Source: Bacillales bacterium (lineage in GTDB: Bacteria; Bacillota; Bacilli; JARBTR01). Taken from it: a stretch of 56,015 nt of DNA. Positions 1-9,686 of the stretch are shown piece after piece. The first letter of the stretch is position 1; every line of letters begins with the position of its first letter. Both the position numbers and the translations under genes were made by a program. The notes under the pieces are model-generated. The model saw only the letters and a list, made by a program, of their open reading frames with translations. It ran no database searches and was not told where the DNA came from. The DNA is taken from assembly GCA_031554185.1 (NCBI GenBank), contig JAVBKE010000031.1:1-56015 (forward strand), given 5' to 3'.

Positions 1-161
1 GGTTGTAGGTTACTTGAAGATGGTGCAAGCGTTGCTTCCGCTAACATCTCCATAATTTCTTCATTTGAAATTTTGAAATTTGGATCATATGCACGAACAG
101 AATGACGTTCTTTAATAACAGCGTGAATATCTGTTGCAGCATTTTCCTTAATTGTACTCAT
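1..161 (-). CDS. Nitroreductase family protein, 5' part (runs off window start)
   Basis: Manual translation MSTIKENAATDIHAVIKERHSVRAYDPNFKISNEEIMEMLAEATLAPSSSNLQP; RxSxR and APSxxNxQP motifs; divergent from an HxlR regulator. Confidence 0.85.
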   Translation of the reverse strand, partial: MSTIKENAATDIHAVIKERHSVRAYDPNFKISNEEIMEMLAEATLAPSSSNLQ

Positions 162-323
162 TTTTTGACTTCCTTTCAGTTTTTGTAAATTTGGTATACC
201 GAGTATTGTTTAAAAACCCGGCTAAATGATTATTTTACTCTAAAGCGATTAAAAAAATTGTACTAGAAATTCCCTTTGAAAATTAGGTGCATATCAAATA
301 TAATATAAATAAACGATAAATGC

Positions 324-350
324 TAGTACACAGTTTTATGTGTGATACTA
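324..350. promoter_or_regulatory. Imperfect inverted repeat, candidate HxlR/DUF24 operator
   Basis: TAGTACACA-gttttatg-TGTGATACTA between the divergent nitroreductase and regulator genes. Confidence 0.4.
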
Positions 351-372
351 TCCGAAAGGGGAGTAATAGGAT

Positions 373-732
373 ATGCCAGATGAGAAGGGTAGCGTTGGAT
401 TGCAGGGGTGTAAAAAGATTGATGGCTCCTATCCAATTGAATATACACTAACTGTCATTGGAGGGCAGTGGAAATTGCTAATTTTATATTTGCTATCAGT
501 AAATAAAGTCTTGCGTTATGGAGAGCTTAAGAATGATTTGACTGGAATTACGCATAAAATGCTTTCTACAAGGCTTAAAGAATTAGAGGTACAAGGAATT
601 ATTATTCGAAAGCAATACAATCAAATTCCACCAAAAGTTGAATATAGTATTTCTGAAAAAGGGCAGTCATTGCTTCCAATTTTGAAAACGCTGCATGATT
701 GGGGTGTGAAAAATATGGAGCAACCAAATTAA
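373..732 (+). CDS. HxlR/DUF24 (MarR-type) winged-helix transcriptional regulator
   Basis: IGGQWKLLIL...RYGELK...ITHKMLSTRLKELE...PPKVEYSISEKG signature. Confidence 0.9.
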   Translation: MPDEKGSVGLQGCKKIDGSYPIEYTLTVIGGQWKLLILYLLSVNKVLRYGELKNDLTGITHKMLSTRLKELEVQGIIIRKQYNQIPPKVEYSISEKGQSLLPILKTLHDWGVKNMEQPN

Positions 733-808
733 TGATCCCATCACAGGTATTTTCGGTGATGCAGCGTTTTTATCCAGGTGATTTTTTCGTTCAATAATAA
801 GCGCTTCG

Positions 809-1759
809 CTATTCAGTTTTCTGGTCTCTTAAACTGCAAACCTCTTCTCTCATATCTTTTAATGTTGAGTAGAACCTTTCAACTGCGATAAAAATTGATA
901 CAATTGCAAAAATAATTTTTGTGTTTGAGCTTTCAACATTTATGTCAATAACCGATATTGAAATTGGAATAAACCCCAGAAAAACAATTAGCCTGCGACT
1001 GAGTAGCACAAGCTTTTTTTTATGAATTGAGTTAACCCATAATAAAAGAAAAATAGTAACCCAGAAAATAAATACAGATAGTGATGAAATATCTTTAAGC
1101 AATAATTGTGAGAGCCGACAAAGTACAATTAGCGATATAAAGAGTAAAAAGCTCTTTATCAGTTTTGGCTTCTTTATTTTTAAATCAAAAGATTTTAATA
1201 TTAATATGCAATGTGAGAGCTCTTTTAGAAATTGCCCGTTGTTATCGCTATTGGAAAAAAATATGATAAAAATTAAAATGGTAAGTATCAGTAATATGAC
1301 AATTGCTTCTGGAAATATAAGGGTGAATATAATAGTAGATCCAATCATGATGATTGATATTTTCCTAAACAGATTTTTGGTTAAATTACAAATAACAACA
1401 ACAGGAATAAACATTAAAAAGTACTTTATTGTATTTAATAATTGTGCAGTCGTAGATGCGATAGTTTCTGTTGTAAGCGTCTCTGAATATTTATAAAAAA
1501 CGAGAGTAAAATAGTCAATTGAGCTAGAGATATCAAGCAGTTTAGCTGTATCTATCGTGTAGTTTATCATTGATAAAAAAAGTGAAGTTGTTTCATAGAT
1601 TGCGAATAACACACCTGATATTATGTACCCTAAGAACATTAAGGCTAACAGATCAGGAAATCTGGTTTTCACCCCGTTTTTCTCATTTTCATCCTGTTTG
1701 TTTTTTAATTTCTGGGATGTGATTTCGAACGTCTCAATTATTAAATCTTTTGTATTCAT
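809..1759 (-). CDS. Hypothetical multi-pass membrane protein
   Basis: 316-aa ORF with GAGGAGGGGG RBS, several hydrophobic segments, AT-rich; family not recognised. Confidence 0.7.
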   Translation of the reverse strand: MNTKDLIIETFEITSQKLKNKQDENEKNGVKTRFPDLLALMFLGYIISGVLFAIYETTSLFLSMINYTIDTAKLLDISSSIDYFTLVFYKYSETLTTETIASTTAQLLNTIKYFLMFIPVVVICNLTKNLFRKISIIMIGSTIIFTLIFPEAIVILLILTILIFIIFFSNSDNNGQFLKELSHCILILKSFDLKIKKPKLIKSFLLFISLIVLCRLSQLLLKDISSLSVFIFWVTIFLLLWVNSIHKKKLVLLSRRLIVFLGFIPISISVIDINVESSNTKIIFAIVSIFIAVERFYSTLKDMREEVCSLRDQKTE

Positions 1760-2122
1760 TTAAATCCCCCTCCTCGGTCATAATAATCTTAGCATTGTAG
1801 CTTGGTAAAAATTTTCCTAGGTACTTTTTTTTAGAGTAAATATACTGTCTGCCAAGTACATAAATCAATGATAAACTTGCTGATTTAGGGGTGATTCTGA
1901 TTAAATAGGAAAAATTATTGAAGTTTACCTCGACTATGAAGCCGATAACCTGTATAAGGTTAAGAGGTGCAAAAAAATATTATTGAAACATGTGCAGTAA
2001 TTGATTGTGACATCAATTATGAATTATTACCGAATTGTCAGCGAGAAAAAGAATGGATGAATCAATCAATAATGTTGAAATGAGCGTATATGGGGTTTAA
2101 TGGCTTGCAGTAAATCTAAAGA

Positions 2123-2154
2123 GGCTGATGTAAGTGGAAACCACGACATCAGCC
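2123..2154 (-). terminator. Hairpin downstream of selC (probable terminator)
   Basis: GGCTGATGT...ACATCAGCC inverted repeat with inner GTGG-AAA-CCAC. Confidence 0.55.
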
Positions 2155-2171
2155 CTGTTTATATTCTATTT

Positions 2172-2265
2172 TGGCGGAAGCATATGGGAATCGAACCCAC
2201 CCACGACCATGAGCCGCAACACAGTTTTGAAGACTGGCAGGCACACCAGTTGCCCTTCTACTTCC
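2172..2265 (-). tRNA. selC: tRNA-Sec (anticodon UCA)
   Basis: Reverse complement GGAAGTAG...CAGT-CTTCAAA-ACTG...long variable arm...GTGGG-TTCGATT-CCCAT-ATGCTTCC-GCCA; 94 nt, encoded CCA, adjacent to selB. Confidence 0.96.
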
Positions 2266-2272
2266 ATGAGTA

Positions 2273-2300
2273 ATTATATCATAGCCAATTGGTTTTTCAA
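2273..2300 (-). promoter_or_regulatory. Sigma-A promoter of selC
   Basis: TTGAAA-N16-TATAAT with extended -10 (TGnTATAAT), 7 nt before the tRNA 5' end. Confidence 0.7.
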
Positions 2301-2526
2301 GATGCTATGAACAATTTAATATAGGGTTTTTCTGGGATATCACTGGGGAAAGATCTCAACTACTGAGGAACTAGTAAGCAGGTAATTCACTATGAAATGG
2401 CCGTTTTCATCAAGGATTAAATCTCTTGAATTCTTGCTAATATGGTATAATGGCTACAGTCAAAACATACAAAAACAGATTATGAAATGCAGACCTTATC
2501 AATAGAAATAGAGGAGAAACTTTTCT

Positions 2527-4416
2527 ATGCAAAACGTTATTATCGGCACTGCGGGGCATATCGATCATGGTAAGACAACGTTAATTAAGGCGCTTACGGG
2601 CAGGAACACTGATACTCTGGAAGAAGAGAAAAAGAGAGGTATTTCCATCAATTTAGGATTTACCTACTTTGATTTGCCGAGTGGCAAACGAGCTGGAATC
2701 GTTGACGTTCCAGGGCATGAGAAATTTATTAAAAACATGCTCGCCGGTGCTACAGGAATTGATATCGTACTTTTAACCATTGCAGTGAATGAAGGTGTTA
2801 TGCCGCAAACAGTGGAGCATATTGATATCCTCAATTATTTAAATATAGAAAAAAGCATCATTGTTTTAACTAAATGTGATACGGTTGAGGAACAATGGAA
2901 AGAGCTTGTCATTGAAGATGTAAAGGAAAAAGTCAGTGGCACAATGTTCGAGAGTGCCGAAATAATAGAGGTTGATTCTATTAGTGGCAATGGCATCGAG
3001 CAGCTGATCAAACAAATTGATCAAATGACAGAGATCGTGCGTGTTAAGAATACAAGAACATCGCCAAGACTGAATATTGATCGCGTTTTCTCATTGAAAG
3101 GATTCGGTACAATTGTGACAGGCACCTTATCGGAGGGAGCAATTTCCGTTGAAGATGAACTTGTTATCTACCCACATAAACACAAAGCTAAAATAAGAAA
3201 TATTCAAGTACATGAACAAAATGTCAATACAGCGTACGCAGGACAGCGGACAGCGATTAACATTGCTAATATTAAAACAACGGATGTGAAGAGAGGCGAT
3301 GTTCTTGGTGTAGTTGATGCGATGAAGGCAACTAAATTCCTTGATGTAAAAATTGAATTGGTGAAGTCCTTCGAAAGGGAATTAAGGCTTTGGAGTAGAG
3401 TAAGGGTTTTCTTAGGTACAAAAGAAGTTCTAGCGCGACTTGTTCCATTGGATAAAGAAATGATTGCTGGTGGTGAGGGTGGATTTTGCCAATTGCGACT
3501 TGAGGAGACTGTTTACGTTAAAAAAGGTGACCGTTTTGTACTTCGTTTTTTCTCACCTGTTTCGACAATCGGTGGCGGGATTGTTCTAGATCCTAATCCC
3601 AAGAAGCATGGGACCTCGGACATTGCCATCCTTCAAAAGTTGCAGATGCAGTTTGAAGGCGATGACAAAGAAATCATTGAAAACTATATAGAGGATAATG
3701 GCGAAAAGAAAGTGACATTGAAAGACATCTTGGGCTATATCTCAAAGGACGATACGGTTACACAGGGGCTTGTGAAAGAACTAGTAGACGAGGAGATCAT
3801 CTGTGAAATCAATCAAGCGTTCTATCACCTGAACACAATTGAGCAAATTCAAATGAGTCTAGTTGAAAAACTGTCAATATTTCATCAGAAATTCAACCTT
3901 AAAGAGGGCCTCTCCAAAGAAGAGCTACGAAAGAGCGTCAAAATCAAATTTGCTACAAAAGAATGGGATATTCTCCTTGGAAAAATAGAAAGCGACAAGT
4001 TGATCAAAATTCAGTCAAATATTGTCTCCCTCCATGGTTTTTCTGTAGAATACAATGAGAAACAGAAGAAAATAAAAGATGAAATCGAGCAGGTATTATT
4101 AAAAAGTAAATTTACGCCACCAACGCTTGAAGCGTTAACGAATCATCAAAGCAAAAGCTATCTTGAGGTACTTGAATCTTTGCTAAATAAGTCAGTGGTT
4201 GGACTGGATCAACAAACGGTCATTCATAAAGACTATTATGATCAAGCTAAAGCAATTGTTTTAGAAAAATTGGATAAAAATGGTGAAATCACCCTAGCAG
4301 AATTAAGGGATGAGATCCAATCAAGCCGAAAATATGCAGTTCTCCTTTTGGATGATTTTGATAAGAAAAAAATGACTAGACGAATAGAGGATAAACGTGT
4401 CCGATTTGGGGTTTAA
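2527..4416 (+). CDS. selB: Selenocysteine-specific elongation factor
   Basis: [24 protein letters not shown] and DVPGHE G-domain motifs; C-terminal winged-helix SRKY motif; 629 aa. Confidence 0.97.
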   Translation: MQNVIIGTAGHIDHGKTTLIKALTGRNTDTLEEEKKRGISINLGFTYFDLPSGKRAGIVDVPGHEKFIKNMLAGATGIDIVLLTIAVNEGVMPQTVEHIDILNYLNIEKSIIVLTKCDTVEEQWKELVIEDVKEKVSGTMFESAEIIEVDSISGNGIEQLIKQIDQMTEIVRVKNTRTSPRLNIDRVFSLKGFGTIVTGTLSEGAISVEDELVIYPHKHKAKIRNIQVHEQNVNTAYAGQRTAINIANIKTTDVKRGDVLGVVDAMKATKFLDVKIELVKSFERELRLWSRVRVFLGTKEVLARLVPLDKEMIAGGEGGFCQLRLEETVYVKKGDRFVLRFFSPVSTIGGGIVLDPNPKKHGTSDIAILQKLQMQFEGDDKEIIENYIEDNGEKKVTLKDILGYISKDDTVTQGLVKELVDEEIICEINQAFYHLNTIEQIQMSLVEKLSIFHQKFNLKEGLSKEELRKSVKIKFATKEWDILLGKIESDKLIKIQSNIVSLHGFSVEYNEKQKKIKDEIEQVLLKSKFTPPTLEALTNHQSKSYLEVLESLLNKSVVGLDQQTVIHKDYYDQAKAIVLEKLDKNGEITLAELRDEIQSSRKYAVLLLDDFDKKKMTRRIEDKRVRFGV

Positions 4417-4447
4417 ATGTGATCTTTTTGTGACATTTCAAAACCTA

Positions 4448-4476
4448 TTGACTTTTAAAATGCAGGTTCCTATAAT
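4448..4476 (+). promoter_or_regulatory. Sigma-A promoter of grd operon
   Basis: TTGACT-N17-TATAAT. Confidence 0.8.
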
Positions 4477-4503
4477 GGACTTGAAAGCAATGATAATAAA
4501 TAT

Positions 4504-4633
4504 GGATGAAGAGTAAGCGAGAGCGTATGTGAAGATGCCACCGAAGGGACAAACTAGGGGCTGACCGATCCTTAGTGAAATTCTCAGGTAAAAGGAACTT
4601 ACTTGGACAAACTCTGGATTTAATTAGACTGAG
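4504..4633 (+). ncRNA. Glycine riboswitch, singlet with 3' ghost aptamer
   Basis: GGATGAA leader, P1 GAGTAAG/CTTACTT, GAGAG, CACCGAAGG, CTCAGGTAAAAGG motifs, then GGAC...CTCTGGA...GACTGAG. Confidence 0.88.
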
Positions 4634-4662
4634 TATAGGTATAATGCCTATACTCTTTTTTT
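4631..4662 (+). terminator. Riboswitch-controlled intrinsic terminator
   Basis: GAGTATAGGTA-TAA-TGCCTATACTC followed by T7; overlaps the ghost helix. Confidence 0.85.
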
Positions 4663-4687
4663 ATTAAAAAAGTTTGGTGGAGATGAA

Positions 4688-5062
4688 TTGAAAAAGATTG
4701 TGATCTCAAATAATCCTTCTGTTTATCAGCAATACAATACTGAAGTGGCGTTTCTTTATCAAGAAAGCTATACATTTATAGATGTTCTACGAGTAACAAG
4801 AGATATGATTCACAAGGGGCATAAACTCCTTACCCACCCTTTATCAGGCAGTATTAAGCCGTATGAAACACCTTATAAAACGATTTTAGTTACAAAAGAA
4901 ACTGTAACCCTCGATTTAGATTCACTCCATATGATAGAAGATGCCATTACAACGACTGAGAAATTCATAAAAAATATTCAACAAAGAAAATTAAATACGA
5001 AGACACTGCAAGATTTTCAAATGATTGATTTAAGTTTAATTGAAGATAGTATGACCAGATAA
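4688..5062 (+). CDS. grdX: GrdX family protein
   Basis: RDMIHKGHKLLTHPLSGSIKPYETPYKTI signature; first gene of a grd operon. Confidence 0.9.
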   Translation: MKKIVISNNPSVYQQYNTEVAFLYQESYTFIDVLRVTRDMIHKGHKLLTHPLSGSIKPYETPYKTILVTKETVTLDLDSLHMIEDAITTTEKFIKNIQQRKLNTKTLQDFQMIDLSLIEDSMTR

Positions 5063-5157
5063 TTTTAAAGGAGGTGTTAAGGCATCGGGAAATTGCACTA
5101 CATTTTTCCGGTAAACTTGTTCACAGTACTTAAAATAACGGAGGTACAAATCCAATT

Positions 5158-6117
5158 ATGAGAGAAATTGATGTAGTCATTATCGGGGCAGGACCTGCAG
5201 GACTTTCCGCTGGGCTTTATGCGAGCCGGGCTAAGCTCAGTACGATTATTCTGGAACACAATGCCCGTGGTGGACAAATCGTCATTACAGACGAAGTCGC
5301 CAACTATCCTGGCTCGATCGAAGATGCGACAGGTCCAACATTGGTGAAAAGGATGGTGGATCAAGCGAAGGCGTTCGGTGCTGAAATTGTTAAAGACAAG
5401 GTCATTAGTATTGATCTATCTGGCCGAACGAAAATTGTCAAGGGTGTTGACAATGAATATCATGCAAAAGCTGTGATCATTGCCAATGGTGGGAAAAGTC
5501 GTCCAATTGATTGCCCAGGTGAGAAAAAGCTTATTGGCAAAGGGGTGTCTTATTGTGCTACTTGTGATGCTGATTTCTTCGAAGACATGGAAGTGTTCGT
5601 CATCGGTGGCGGAGACTCTGCTGTAGAAGAAGCACTGTATTTAACAAAATTCGCACGCAAAGTAACGATTGTCCATCGCCGTAATGAGCTTCGGGCTGCT
5701 AAATCACTTTGTGATCATGCTTTTGACAATGCAAAGATTGAATTTTTATGGGATACAGTTGTGGAAGAGATCAAAGGTGATGGTATTGTCGAATCGATTG
5801 TATTTAAGAATGTGAAGACAAATGAGGTTCATGAATTCTTCGCTGATGAAGAAGATGGGACTTTTGGTGTGTTCGTTTTTATCGGATTTAATCCAGTGAG
5901 TGAACTATACAAAGGGGCTATCGATATGGATGAATCAGGTTATATTGTGACAGACGACAACATGAATACGAATATTGATGGTGTCTATGCCGCCGGAGAC
6001 ATTAGAGTCAAGTCTCTCCGCCAAGTGGTTACTGCCGCTGCCGATGGTGCAATTGCTGCCGTCCAAGCAGGTAAGTATATAGATGAATGTCAAAATGAAA
6101 AAGTGAAAGTGAGGTGA
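5158..6117 (+). CDS. trxB: Thioredoxin reductase (grd-associated)
   Basis: GAGPAG, CATC active site, [10 protein letters not shown]. Confidence 0.95.
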   Translation: MREIDVVIIGAGPAGLSAGLYASRAKLSTIILEHNARGGQIVITDEVANYPGSIEDATGPTLVKRMVDQAKAFGAEIVKDKVISIDLSGRTKIVKGVDNEYHAKAVIIANGGKSRPIDCPGEKKLIGKGVSYCATCDADFFEDMEVFVIGGGDSAVEEALYLTKFARKVTIVHRRNELRAAKSLCDHAFDNAKIEFLWDTVVEEIKGDGIVESIVFKNVKTNEVHEFFADEEDGTFGVFVFIGFNPVSELYKGAIDMDESGYIVTDDNMNTNIDGVYAAGDIRVKSLRQVVTAAADGAIAAVQAGKYIDECQNEKVKVR

Positions 6118-6121
6118 TTTC

Positions 6122-6439
6122 GTGCATTTAATAGAAAAAGAAGCATTTCAAACAGAGGTACTAGATTATCAAGGTCTATGTGTTGTCGATTATTTTGGCG
6201 ATGGTTGCGTACCATGTCAAGCGCTTTTACCAGATATCGAGGCACTTGCTGAGCAATATCAGGGAAAAGTAAAGTTTGTGAAATTCAACACAACTAAGGC
6301 AAGAAGGCTAGCAATTTCGCAAAAGATACTTGGACTACCGACCATTTCAATTTATAAAAATGGTGAAAAGGTAGATGAAGTAACCAAAGATGATGCAACA
6401 AAAGCAAGCGTACAAGCGATGATTGAAGGGCAATTATAA
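6122..6439 (+). CDS. trxA: Thioredoxin (GCVPC type)
   Basis: GCVPC active site typical of glycine-reductase-linked thioredoxins; GTG start. Confidence 0.9.
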   Translation: MHLIEKEAFQTEVLDYQGLCVVDYFGDGCVPCQALLPDIEALAEQYQGKVKFVKFNTTKARRLAISQKILGLPTISIYKNGEKVDEVTKDDATKASVQAMIEGQL

Positions 6440-6485
6440 TGCTATTTGATGACCGATTTTAGTAGGAATCAAGGAGGTGAATATC

Positions 6486-7769
6486 ATGAAACTAGAACTT
6501 GGAAACATTCATATCAAAGATATCCAATTTGCGGATTTTACAAAAGTAGACAATGGCGTTCTCTATGTGAATAAGCAAGAGCTAAAGAATCTGGTCATGG
6601 AAGATGAGAATATCAAAAGTGTTCAATTTGATTTAGCTCGGCCGGGTGAAGAAACAAGAATCACACCTGTTAAAGATGTCATCCAGCCCCGCGTAAAAGT
6701 AGAAGGTGGCGAGTATTTTCCTGGGACGATTGGCAAAGTCGGAACTGTTGGTAGTGGCCGGACGCATGTTCTACATGGTATGGCGGTGGTGACTTGTGGT
6801 GAAATTGTTGGATTCCAAGAAGGAATCATTGATATGAGTGGCCCAGGGGCAGATTTCACACCATTTTCAAAATTACTCAATCTTTGCGTTGTAATTGAAC
6901 CTGTAGAGGGCATCAAGCCTTATGATTATGAGGCATCTGCAAGATTTGCAGGCTATAAAGTAGCCAAACTACTTGGGGAAAATGCACGAACAATTACACC
7001 GGATGAAGTCACTGTCTATGAAACTAAGCCGGTTTTAGAAAGTATAGCAGAGCATCCTGACCTGCCAAAAGTGGGTTATGTCTACATGCTACAAACGCAA
7101 GGATTAATGCATGATACTTATGTCTACGGTGTTGATGCGAAGAAGATTGTGCCAACAATTCTTTACCCAACCGAGGTAATGGATGGGGCTATCACCAGCG
7201 GAAATTGTGTTTCTGCCTGTGATAAAAACACTACTTACCATCACCAAAACAATCCGATTATTCAAGATTTGTATGCTCGTCACGGTGTCGATATCAATTT
7301 TATCGGTGTCATTATTACCAATGAAACAGTTTTCTTGGCTGATAAAGAGCGTTCATCAGATTGGACAGCAAAGCTTTGTAAGTTCTTGGGGTTTGATGCG
7401 GTGATTGTTTCGCAAGAAGGGTTTGGCAATCCTGATACAGACCTGATCATGAATTGCAAGAAAATTGAGTTTGAGGGAATCAAGACTGTTATTGTCACGG
7501 ATGAGTACGCAGGTGTCGACGGAACTTCTCAATCTTTAGCGGATGCTGATCCACTGGCAAATGCAGTAGTCACAGGCGGTAATGCCAATGAGAAAATTGT
7601 GCTACCACCAATGAAGAAAATCATTGGGATGCTAGATTATGTGGACAAAATTGCTGGCGGTGCTACTGGTAGCTTACGAGCAGATGGCAGCATTGAAGCG
7701 GAAATTCAAGTCATCACGGGTGCAACTAACGAGTTAGGTTTTAACCGTATGACAGCTAAAGAGTACTAA
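6486..7769 (+). CDS. grdE: Glycine reductase component B proprotein (alpha/beta subunits)
   Basis: MKLELGNIHIKDIQF N-terminus, SGNCVSACDK processing motif, EGFGNPDTDL; ATG 6486 follows AAGGAGGTG. Confidence 0.92.
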   Translation: MKLELGNIHIKDIQFADFTKVDNGVLYVNKQELKNLVMEDENIKSVQFDLARPGEETRITPVKDVIQPRVKVEGGEYFPGTIGKVGTVGSGRTHVLHGMAVVTCGEIVGFQEGIIDMSGPGADFTPFSKLLNLCVVIEPVEGIKPYDYEASARFAGYKVAKLLGENARTITPDEVTVYETKPVLESIAEHPDLPKVGYVYMLQTQGLMHDTYVYGVDAKKIVPTILYPTEVMDGAITSGNCVSACDKNTTYHHQNNPIIQDLYARHGVDINFIGVIITNETVFLADKERSSDWTAKLCKFLGFDAVIVSQEGFGNPDTDLIMNCKKIEFEGIKTVIVTDEYAGVDGTSQSLADADPLANAVVTGGNANEKIVLPPMKKIIGMLDYVDKIAGGATGSLRADGSIEAEIQVITGATNELGFNRMTAKEY

Positions 7770-7808
7770 TCAAACAATTAAATAATGATAGGAAAGGGGA
7801 AATGAAAG

Positions 7809-8279
7809 ATGGGATTATTTGATGATAAAAAAGTGATTGTCATTGGTGATCGTGATGGTATTCCAGGACCAGCTGTTGAAGAGTGTTTGAAATCAACAAC
7901 TGCTGAAGTCGTCTTTTCTGCTACAGAATGCTTTGTTTGAACTGCAGCAGGAGCGATGGACCTAGAAAATCAAAATAGGGTAAAAGCCGCTGTTGATAAA
8001 TTTGGCGGAGAAAACGTAATTGTGTTAATTGGCGCAGGAGAGGCAGAAGCCGCAGGCCTTGCAGCAGAAACAGTTACGAATGGAGATCCTACTTTTGCAG
8101 GTTCGTTAGCTGGAGTCCAGTTGGGACTCAAGGTATACCATGTTGTAGAACCAGAATTTAAAGAAGCTGTAGATGCAGCTGTTTATGATGAACAAATTGC
8201 GATGATGGAAATGGTCTTGAATGTCGATGAGATTGTTCAAGAAATGACTTCAATGCGTGAACAGTTCACCAAGTACTAA
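7809..8279 (+). CDS. grdA: Glycine reductase selenoprotein A (Sec at UGA 7938-7940)
   Basis: [22 protein letters not shown]...[19 protein letters not shown]; CxxU motif; in frame with ORF-track fragment 7956..8279; 156 aa. Confidence 0.96.
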
Positions 8280-8306
8280 TATTTTCTCAGAAAGGAGGAG
8301 AAGCAA

Positions 8307-9617
8307 ATGGGAAAGCTTCGTATTGTTCATTATCTCAACCAGTTCTATGGCGGAATTGGTGGTGAAGACAAAGCTGACTACAAACCTGAACTTCGTGAGG
8401 GCTTTGTAGGTCCAGGGATGGCAATTAATGCACAACTCAAAGGAGAGGCAGAAATTGTTGCAACCGTCATTTGTGGTGATTCTTATTTTAACGAAAATGT
8501 AGAAGAAGCGACAAACACATTGATGGATATGATTAAATCGGTGCAACCGGATATTTTGATTGCTGGTCCTGCATTTAATGCGGGGCGTTACGGAATGGCT
8601 TGTGGGCAAATTTGTTCAACAGTTTCTAATCAATTAAATATTCCTGTCGTGACAGCAATGTATGAAGAAAATCCAGGTGCTGAATCGTTTAAAAAGGATG
8701 TCTACATACTAGCAACGGGAAAATCCGCTGCTAGTATGAGAGCAGCTGCACCAGCGATCGGGCAATTTGCATTAAAGCTGTTAGGCAAAGAAGAAATTGG
8801 CTCTGCGACTGAAGAAGGTTACTTTCCAAGAGGCCGCAGGAAGAATGTATTTGTATCCGAAAGAGGCGCAACCAGAGCAGTCAATATGCTTGTGGACAAA
8901 ATCAAAGGTGAGTCTTTTGAAACGGAATATGCTATGCCAATTTTTGATACTGTTCCAGCAAATCCAGCTGTGAAAGATATCAAAAATGCACGAATTGCGC
9001 TAGTTACTTCTGGCGGGATTGTTCCTAAAGGAAATCCAGATAGAATTGAATCTTCAAGTGCATCGAAATACGGGAAATATAGTATTGCTGCACTTGATGA
9101 GCTGACTGAAGCCACATATGAAACGGCTCATGGCGGCTATGATCCTTCTTATGCAAATGAAAATCCAAATCGAGTTGTTCCTATCGATGTTCTGCGTGAC
9201 ATGGAAAAAGAAGGCGAGATCGGAAAATTGCATGAGTATTTTTATAGTACCGTTGGTAATGGGACGTCTGTAGCGAGTTCAAAAGCGTATGCTGAGAACT
9301 TTGCACAGGAACTCGTGGCAGATGGAGTAATGGCTGTCATATTAACATCCACCTGAGGAACTTGTACTCGTTGCGGTGCAACGATGGTTAAAGAAATTGA
9401 AAGAGCTGGCATTCCTGTTGTACATGCATGCACAGTGGTTCCAATTTCTATAACAGTAGGTGCAAATAGAATTATTCCTACTGTGGCAATTCCGTATCCA
9501 TTTGGTAATCCGCTACTGGATGCAGCTGAAGAGAAAAAGGTGAGACGGAAACTGGTTGAACAAGCGATTGTTGCTTTGCAAACTGAAGTGGAAGGTCAAA
9601 CTGTTTTTGAACAATAA
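8307..9617 (+). CDS. grdB: Glycine reductase selenoprotein B gamma subunit (Sec at UGA 9354-9356)
   Basis: VHYLNQFYGGIGGEDKA N-terminus; ILTST-UGA-GTCTRCGATM (UxxCxxC); joins ORF-track fragments 8307..9356 and 9384..9617; 436 aa. Confidence 0.95.
9368..9384 (+). promoter_or_regulatory. Bacterial SECIS hairpin of grdB
   Basis: Perfect stem TCGTTGC-GGT-GCAACGA starting 11 nt after the UGA. Confidence 0.8.
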
Positions 9618-9630
9618 TACAAGATTGATA

Positions 9631-9664
9631 TGAGGCTTTGCCATGATCATTTGGTAAAGCCTTG
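9631..9664 (+). other. Intercistronic stem-loop between grdB and grdC
   Basis: TGAGGCTTTGCCA/TGGTAAAGCCTTG, no U-tract. Confidence 0.65.
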
Positions 9665-9686
9665 TAGAAGTTATGGAGGGTGAAAA

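Noticed and set aside
7956-9617. ORF-track fragments 7956..8279, 8307..9356 and 9384..9617 as separate genes or pseudogenes
   Set aside because: Explained by Sec UGA read-through in grdA and grdB.
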